Source: a virus
Taxonomy: Duplodnaviria; Heunggongvirae; Uroviricota; Caudoviricetes
DNA: 64,000 nucleotides
Strand: one strand, 5' to 3'
Virus record (IMG/VR): IMGVR_UViG_3300029861_000002
Shown: positions 58,357-64,000 of the stretch, piece after piece
Position numbering within the stretch: the first letter of the stretch is position 1
Layout of the letters: each line of letters opens with the position of its first letter
Made by a program: the position numbers and the translations under genes
Notes under the pieces: generated by a model
Seen by the model: only the letters and a program-made list of their open reading frames with translations
The model's database searches: none
What the model was told of the DNA's origin: nothing

Positions 58357-58548
58357 TGCACAAAGATTGCCGGATATTTTTGTGCACTTTCCCATATTGA
58401 CTTTTCGCCGGGCCGCCAGCGTGCGCCGCGGCCCGAATTTTTGTTTGTTCGGCAGTTTCAACAATTATATGGCCAAAAGTTTGTGCAATCTGCCGAAAAT
58501 TTTTCTCCCGAAATCGCTTGACATTCCTTTGTGGGTATGGTATATTAT
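58357..58548 (+). promoter_or_regulatory. Early cassette: two operators, GC hairpin, SigA promoter
   Basis: Operators at 58357-58386 and 58458-58487; GC hairpin plus T-run at about 58407-58445; TTGACA at 58518. Confidence 0.65.
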
Positions 58549-58599
58549 ACTTGTCCAGAGGGACAGACCACAAAAAGAATTTGAAAGGAAGTAAAAGAA

Positions 58600-58839
58600 A
58601 TGGTGTGCTTCAAAGACGTTGTGATTTTGTTCCGGCAATACTCTTTCTGTCTGGAAGAGGATGCGGCTATTCAGGTAATCGACAGCAATACCGGCGCACA
58701 TTTCCGGTTTGACAAGGAATGGAAGCTCCAGCTCGGCGGTGACTTTTATGGCGATGACCTCAGCGCCCTGTTCAAGAAGCAGGTGACTGAGATTGAAATG
58801 AGAGAAGAAGGTGGCGTTAATATCTACATTAACGCATAA
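58600..58839 (+). CDS. Early hypothetical protein
   Basis: Intact ORF downstream of promoter. Confidence 0.6.
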   Translation: MVCFKDVVILFRQYSFCLEEDAAIQVIDSNTGAHFRFDKEWKLQLGGDFYGDDLSALFKKQVTEIEMREEGGVNIYINA

Positions 58840-58877
58840 GAAACTGCGGGAGTGGAGGTCTATGACTTCCACTCCCC

Positions 58878-59090
58878 ATGATAAAAAATTCTATGGAGGT
58901 CAATTTCCGCATGATTACAAGAGAACAGTATAATATGGCAGAAGAACAGTGGAGAAATCTGTGGCATATTCGCAATAATCTTTATGAACAACTTGCTTTT
59001 GTTAATTCAGCAATAAAAGAAATCGAAGATAAATATTTCAAGTTAGAAAAGGAGGGGATTATCAATGACTATCGAGAGACTTCCGCGTGA
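58878..59090 (+). CDS. Early hypothetical protein
   Basis: Intact ORF; true start may be ATG 58911. Confidence 0.5.
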   Translation: MIKNSMEVNFRMITREQYNMAEEQWRNLWHIRNNLYEQLAFVNSAIKEIEDKYFKLEKEGIINDYRETSA

Positions 59091-59196
59091 ATATCCTATT
59101 GGTTCCACTGTTTGGACTAATAAGGGATACGGAACAGTTTTGGCAAGACTGGGGAAATATCACCTTATCTGGTTACAGAGGCTGGGGCTGGCATAA
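59065..59196 (+). CDS. Small hypothetical protein
   Basis: GGAGG RBS; 43 aa; followed by a terminator. Confidence 0.5.
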   Translation: MTIERLPREYPIGSTVWTNKGYGTVLARLGKYHLIWLQRLGLA

Positions 59197-59265
59197 GTCA
59201 GTCCTTGCTTTTTTTAAAAAAATATTTTATAATATATATAGAAAAATAAAGAAAGGAGTTTTCTA

Positions 59266-59706
59266 ATGACCTTAGAAGTGCTGAAAGCTCTTGCGGTCAT
59301 TCTGGAGTTCTGTTTGAACTAGGATTCTTGTAAGAATTGTCCTATGGCTCAGTTCTGCCAGAAAATGCCTGCGAGTGGTAATTATTCCCTCCGATTGTTA
59401 CAAATCGGCGATTCCCGTGATGGAGTCGTTTTTCGCACGAACCTAGGTCACTAGAATTTATTTATCAAAATGCAAGAAACTACTTTCTCAAGGAAATTGG
59501 ATTCAAGTGGGCGCATCATGATTCCCGTAAGACTACGAGAGTAGATGGGCCTTGTTTCTGGTCAAGAATACTACTTCACTACTATGGTAAAGGATGGCAG
59601 AAAATACATCTGTATTGACTGTGGCTCCGTTGATAATACTTCTCTTGAAGAAGCTATGCGAATTATACAAGCAAATGGAATGAAAATTGTTGAAAGTACC
59701 GATTGA
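59266..59706 (+). CDS. AbrB/SpoVT-type DNA-binding domain (from 59470), in frame with an upstream Cys-rich peptide
   Basis: RKLDSSGRIMIPVRLRE(TAG=Q)MGL; start uncertain (59266 or 59470). Confidence 0.6.
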
Positions 59707-59763
59707 CTTCCCGAAACTCTTGTGCTAAAATTAAATTATCAAAAGAAAGGAAGTTAAGAGGTA

Positions 59764-59900
59764 TGTATGAATTTGAGATTTTGCTTGAAGATGACTCAAC
59801 CGACAATATCTCTGGTTATTCCTATGAAGATGCTCTTCTTCGGTCTCGACGTAAACCTGAAGAGATTGTAAAAGTTTTAAATCGAGAATATGTAGATTGA
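59764..59900 (+). CDS. Small acidic hypothetical protein
   Basis: MYEFEILL... after a SigA promoter and GAGG RBS. Confidence 0.5.
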
Positions 59901-59954
59901 GATTTTTCCTCCCATTTTGGGAGGAATTTCTTTTCCAATTCAAAATAGACTGTT

Positions 59955-60076
59955 CGGCCGACCGCGCAGGATGGGCGCGGTCCGATTTTTTTCTGGATCA
60001 GCAGTTTCAACAAAATATGTTTGCAAATGTTGTGCATTTTGACGATTGACACTTCTCCCGAAATCTGCTATACTAT
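59955..60076 (+). promoter_or_regulatory. Early cassette: GC hairpin, operator, SigA promoter
   Basis: Hairpin plus T-run; TCAACAA-N16-TTGTGCA (60007-60036); TTGACA at about 60046. Confidence 0.65.
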
Positions 60077-60139
60077 TAAATGTAAAGAGGGGAAACGAGT
60101 AAAACCTCTCAAATTAAAACAGAAAGGGAGTTTTTAGAA

Positions 60140-60535
60140 ATGCGTGTTACTAAGAGAATTGAAGAATATGTTCGTGGCGAGGTTCGCAAGATTTCTGCCT
60201 GTAAGGAGGCGGCTATCCGGGAGAGGTATCAGCCAGAGTTCGACGCGCTGGAGGCTTTTAAGGAGGCTATCGTCAAGTCGGCCAATGAGCTGGACGATAC
60301 TATCCAGGCGGAAATGCAGGCTAAGGGCTATAAGACTTCCAGATATTGCGAGAATGTCATCCAGGCCTGCACTTGCGGCATTTATGCTCCGGCCAAGGAA
60401 AAAATGGATGATGAAATCGCAGAGATTAACACATGGATTAACGAGCAGACCCGGCTCATGTGCGTCAAATTGGAAATGGGTGGAGATATGAACACCTTAA
60501 CAGCCATGCTTGAGGAACTGCGCAAGGAGTTTTAA
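60140..60535 (+). CDS. Early hypothetical protein
   Basis: Intact ORF with RBS. Confidence 0.65.
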   Translation: MRVTKRIEEYVRGEVRKISACKEAAIRERYQPEFDALEAFKEAIVKSANELDDTIQAEMQAKGYKTSRYCENVIQACTCGIYAPAKEKMDDEIAEINTWINEQTRLMCVKLEMGGDMNTLTAMLEELRKEF

Positions 60536-60586
60536 GGAAGGAGGTAGAGAGGGCAAGCAATAGCCTTGCCCTCTCTAATAAAAAAA

Positions 60587-61045
60587 ATGAAAGCAACTGG
60601 CATTGTGCGGCGCATTGATGATCTCGGCCGGGTAGTAATTCCTAAGGAAATTCGTCGGAATATGAATATTCGGGAAGCCGACCCGCTAGAAATCTTTATT
60701 GAAGATGGCGTGGTGGTTTTCAAGAAATATTCCCTACTATCTTCTTTTGCTCCTCAGGCCGCACATATTCAAAAAGTTTTAAGCATTAACGGCATTTCAG
60801 CGTCGGTTTTTGATAATTCAAGTCTTTTGTGCGGCCCTCGCCCCTTCGGAATGTCAAAGACCCCGGATGAATGGTTCAATATTCGTAATTGGGGTACTGA
60901 ATGGAAGGGAAAATCGTTGTTTGTTACTCCTATTATTGCAGAAGGTGAGGTAATCGGCTTTATTTGCTATAAAAACGATAAAGAATCAGCGCATGATATG
61001 GTTCGACTTTCTGCGCAATTTCTAGCTCAATTTGCAGAAAATTAA
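60587..61045 (+). CDS. SpoVT/AbrB-family transcriptional regulator
   Basis: MKATGIVRRIDDLGRVVIPKEIRR..IREADPLEIF, near-identical to the SpoVT N-terminus; C-terminal PIIAEGEVIG resembles the SpoVT GAF domain. Confidence 0.9.
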   Translation: MKATGIVRRIDDLGRVVIPKEIRRNMNIREADPLEIFIEDGVVVFKKYSLLSSFAPQAAHIQKVLSINGISASVFDNSSLLCGPRPFGMSKTPDEWFNIRNWGTEWKGKSLFVTPIIAEGEVIGFICYKNDKESAHDMVRLSAQFLAQFAEN

Positions 61046-61070
61046 AGAGGGCTTCGGCCCTCTTTTTTTA
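61044..61070 (+). terminator. Intrinsic terminator
   Basis: AAAGAGGGC-TTCG-GCCCTCTTT plus T-run. Confidence 0.85.
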
Positions 61071-61084
61071 TACCAAAATTTCGA

Positions 61085-61201
61085 CGGCGCGCTGACGCTC
61101 ACAGCGCGCCGAGTTTTCTTGTTTGTAAGTTCTGCACAATTTTTGACTTGAAATCTTGTGCAAAATGTCATCTTGCAATTATCCTTAAATTATGGTATTA
61201 T
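61085..61201 (+). promoter_or_regulatory. Early cassette: GC hairpin, operator, promoter
   Basis: CGGCGCGCTG...CAGCGCGCCG; TGCACAA-N16-TTGTGCA (61133-61162); TTGCAA...TGGTATTAT. Confidence 0.65.
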
Positions 61202-61228
61202 TAGTACAGAAAGAAGGAGGGACACTAA

Positions 61229-61453
61229 ATGAAACCTTCAAAGTTTATTCGGCCTAATGAGTGTTTAACTGTGGCTGAAATCTACCGCCGCCAATTTGGT
61301 GGTACTACCACCACAGAGAATTATGGGGTCTATATGCAAGCTATTCTTTTGCGCGACCCTCTAATTTATGTGGATTATACGTCAATGCCTTATAAGGTAT
61401 ATCGGCATAAAAATTTCTTTGAAAAACTTGTTGACAAGATAGGCAACAGGTAG
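61229..61453 (+). CDS. Early hypothetical protein (ends at TAG; stop or Gln unclear)
   Basis: Strong RBS; intact ORF. Confidence 0.6.
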   Translation: MKPSKFIRPNECLTVAEIYRRQFGGTTTTENYGVYMQAILLRDPLIYVDYTSMPYKVYRHKNFFEKLVDKIGNR

Positions 61454-61481
61454 TATAATAAAACAAAAGGAGGTTATATAT

Positions 61482-61946
61482 ATGATAACTAAAAAAATGC
61501 TCTGCTTTGATATGGACGGGACAATTGCAGATCTATACGCAGTCCCCAACTGGCTTGAAAAACTCCGCGATGGAGACCCCAGCCCATTCCGAGACGCCGC
61601 CCCCATGTGGGATATGAACGCCCTCCGAAATGCGCTTCTAAACGCAATTAGTAACGGGTGGGAGGTTCGAGTTATTACATGGTTGCCCCCTGAAAGCCCC
61701 CCTGAATATAAGAAAGCAGTCACAGCCGCCAAAAAGGAATGGCTTGCAAGGCATAAATTTCCGGCCCATAAATGCCATTGTGTGGCGTATGGAACAACTA
61801 AAGCTAAATGTGTATTCCGTAGTTTCTATGAACCGCCGTTTATCCTCTTTGATGATAACGGCAAAATTAGAAACGGCTGGCATTTAGGGGATACCGTAGA
61901 CCCCCAAACTACAAACATTATTGAATATATCAACAATCTGGACTAA
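61482..61946 (+). CDS. HAD-superfamily phosphatase/nucleotidase
   Basis: CFDMDGTIADLY (DxD motif) and LFDD. Confidence 0.8.
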   Translation: MITKKMLCFDMDGTIADLYAVPNWLEKLRDGDPSPFRDAAPMWDMNALRNALLNAISNGWEVRVITWLPPESPPEYKKAVTAAKKEWLARHKFPAHKCHCVAYGTTKAKCVFRSFYEPPFILFDDNGKIRNGWHLGDTVDPQTTNIIEYINNLD

Positions 61947-62256
61947 ATAAAAGGGGGCGGGTGAAATCCCCGCCCCATATCTGGAAAATACGTAAAAAAG
62001 TTCTTGACAATCTCACCGCATTGTGGTATAATTTAATCATCAAGAGGGGATAACCCTCATAAAAGAAAGGAAGCTTTACTATGATGAATTTCTACTTTAA
62101 GACTGCGGCGGGCCATGTGTTCGTGGTGTGGGCAAGGATGTTGACCGCGCCCGTTCTGACGCCAAGCGCAAGGCCGGTTCTCTTTGGTCGCCTTCGGCCA
62201 AGTGCTTCAAAATCGGGAACGCCATTTAAGGCGTTCCCAATAGAAAGGAAAGTTAT

Positions 62257-62493
62257 ATGAGAGTTAAAATTTCAATTTCTATCCAGCGTGAGTTAGAGGT
62301 CGATCATCCTATCTTCCAACAGCTGGCCGATATTCATAGAAAAGGCCCGGCTTCAGTTGCAAACGATATTATGTATGATATTGCCACTAAAGAAATTGAG
62401 AGAGTGACAGGAATTTCCACTGATTACAATAAATCTATCTCCATCACCAGCGTAGATGCTCTGCCTGATGAAACACCAATTTTAGAGTTTTAA
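62257..62493 (+). CDS. Early hypothetical protein
   Basis: Intact ORF followed by a terminator (62493-62523). Confidence 0.6.
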   Translation: MRVKISISIQRELEVDHPIFQQLADIHRKGPASVANDIMYDIATKEIERVTGISTDYNKSISITSVDALPDETPILEF

Positions 62494-62539
62494 AAAAATC
62501 CTCCCTAAATGGGAGGATTTTTTATATAAAGAAAATCAG

Positions 62540-62657
62540 CGGCCCGCGCTTGAGCGCCGCGGGCCGAATTTTTTTCTGTTGTAATGTTGCACAATTTTCA
62601 AGCAGAAATCTTGTGCAAAATGCCATCTTGCAATTATCCTGAAACTATGGTATTATT
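62540..62657 (+). promoter_or_regulatory. Early cassette: GC hairpin, operator, promoter
   Basis: CGGCCCGCG...CGCGGGCCG plus T-run; TGCACAA-N16-TTGTGCA (62588-62617); near-duplicate of 61150-61201. Confidence 0.65.
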
Positions 62658-62832
62658 ATCATGTCAGGAGGAAAGGAAAAAGTTCTCCAGAGTAGGGTAA
62701 AGAGTCCCTTTTGTGAGAGAGGTTATCGCGACGCCTTTTTCAACGGAGAAAAAAAATATAAAATTCCTCTTGACACCAAGCATAAAATATGCTATAATAA
62801 TACCATCAAGAGGAGAAAGGACTTGATAGATT

Positions 62833-63657
62833 ATGATTGATAAACGCCGACATTATGTGCTGGTGGTCGATACAGAAACCGCCAACACATTAACCGAGAC
62901 TGTCCCCGCTGAAATCGGGGAGGATGGGGAAATCATTACCCCGGAGCGTGTCCGTATGGATATGTCAAATGTTTTGGTGTATGATTGCGGCTGGGCGGTC
63001 GTAGACACCAAGGGCAATATTTACGAAACCGCAAGTTTTGTAAATCGGGATATTTTCAATGACGAGCGGGATTTAATGCGGACGGCCTATTATAACTGGA
63101 AAATCCCCCGGTATGTGGAGGAATTGCGAGCCGGCAGTCGCAAGATGGCTACTACCTATGAAATCCGTCAGGCCATGCTGGACACTATCGAGCGGTACGG
63201 CATTAAGGAGGTCGCCGCATATAACGCCCGCTTTGATGATAACGCCCTTCGGGTCACTCAGCGTTGGGTCACTTGTTCCAAATTCCGGTATTGGTTCCCA
63301 TTTGACAGCGTGGAAATTTGGGACATTATGAAAATGACGCAAGATGTCATTTGCCAGATGCCCACCTATAAGAAATTCTGTGAGGAACACGGGTATGTGC
63401 AGGCTAATGGCGTTCCCCGCAAGACTGCGGAAATCGTGTGGCGGTTTATCTCCGGCAACACTGATTTTGAGGAAAGCCACACGGGACTGGAAGATGTTCT
63501 GATTGAGGCGGAAATCATGTGGTACTGTATGCGCCAGCATAAGCCCATGAGAAAGGCCCTGTATGAGAACAAGCGGGAGTTTCCGCCCATGACAGATTTT
63601 CAGCGTCAGCTTTCCGCAAGTTTGCGGCAGATTCCGACAATCCGGGTCGGGGCTTAA
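62833..63657 (+). CDS. DEDDh 3'-5' exonuclease
   Basis: VVDTET (ExoI), AYNARFD (ExoII), HTGLED (ExoIII). Confidence 0.85.
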   Translation: MIDKRRHYVLVVDTETANTLTETVPAEIGEDGEIITPERVRMDMSNVLVYDCGWAVVDTKGNIYETASFVNRDIFNDERDLMRTAYYNWKIPRYVEELRAGSRKMATTYEIRQAMLDTIERYGIKEVAAYNARFDDNALRVTQRWVTCSKFRYWFPFDSVEIWDIMKMTQDVICQMPTYKKFCEEHGYVQANGVPRKTAEIVWRFISGNTDFEESHTGLEDVLIEAEIMWYCMRQHKPMRKALYENKREFPPMTDFQRQLSASLRQIPTIRVGA

Positions 63658-63839
63658 TGCCCCGCCCGGTAGAAGGAGAAATAAGAAATGTTTCAGGGAT
63701 TAAAGAATAAGGCTATTCGCTTCCTACTTGAGCGGACGTGCCCAGATGTATTTACCATCAAGGCCATGCTTTCCAAGGTAACGCAGAAAGAAATGCAGTT
63801 TTATGCCGACCAGTTCTACTCAAAGAAAGAGGGTTAAAT

Positions 63840-64000
63840 ATGCAAACAAGAATTGTATATACTTCTTCCCTTTGTCCCGATGCCGTTTTCACGGCGCTTG
63901 AAATCATCAAGCGTATGGGATGGAGCCATGATGAACCCGATGAAAACGGGGATATACTGGTATCCATCCCCGCCGAGGATGAACACCTGTTCGACTTTTT
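63840..64000 (+). CDS. Hypothetical protein (3'-truncated by window edge)
   Basis: ATG after GAGGG; open to the end of the window. Confidence 0.45.
   Translation, partial: MQTRIVYTSSLCPDAVFTALEIIKRMGWSHDEPDENGDILVSIPAEDEHLFDF

Overview
This window is about 64 kb of a large tailed phage, probably a siphovirus of gut Firmicutes/Clostridia. It reads TAG as glutamine (genetic code 15), so the supplied ORF track is fragmented; CDS coordinates below are re-called with TAG=Gln, and for the longest ORFs only frame consistency was checked. From left to right it contains: nucleotide-metabolism genes (nrdG, FNT channel, dUTPase), a GIY-YIG endonuclease, a RuvC-like resolvase, holin-like genes and a six-gene minus-strand module. 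Next come a serine recombinase and two divergent tail-fibre-like modules, separated by a ~160-bp promoter-bearing segment bounded by inverted recombinase-like sites. The right module is the target of a complete diversity-generating retroelement (VR, avd, TR, RT). A ~38-kb minus-strand morphogenesis operon follows (tail, 2932-aa tape measure, capsid, portal, terminase), then folD, a PARG-like gene and Pth2, and finally a GC-richer early region built of repeated terminator-operator-sigA promoter cassettes. The best novelty candidate is an invertible late-promoter switch between a fixed and a DGR-diversified receptor-binding module, in which the recombinase, avd, RT and both lead fibre genes depend on TAG recoding. 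A fixed-spacing late-promoter motif (GGNCAA-N25-TTTHAWATW) occurs 8 times.
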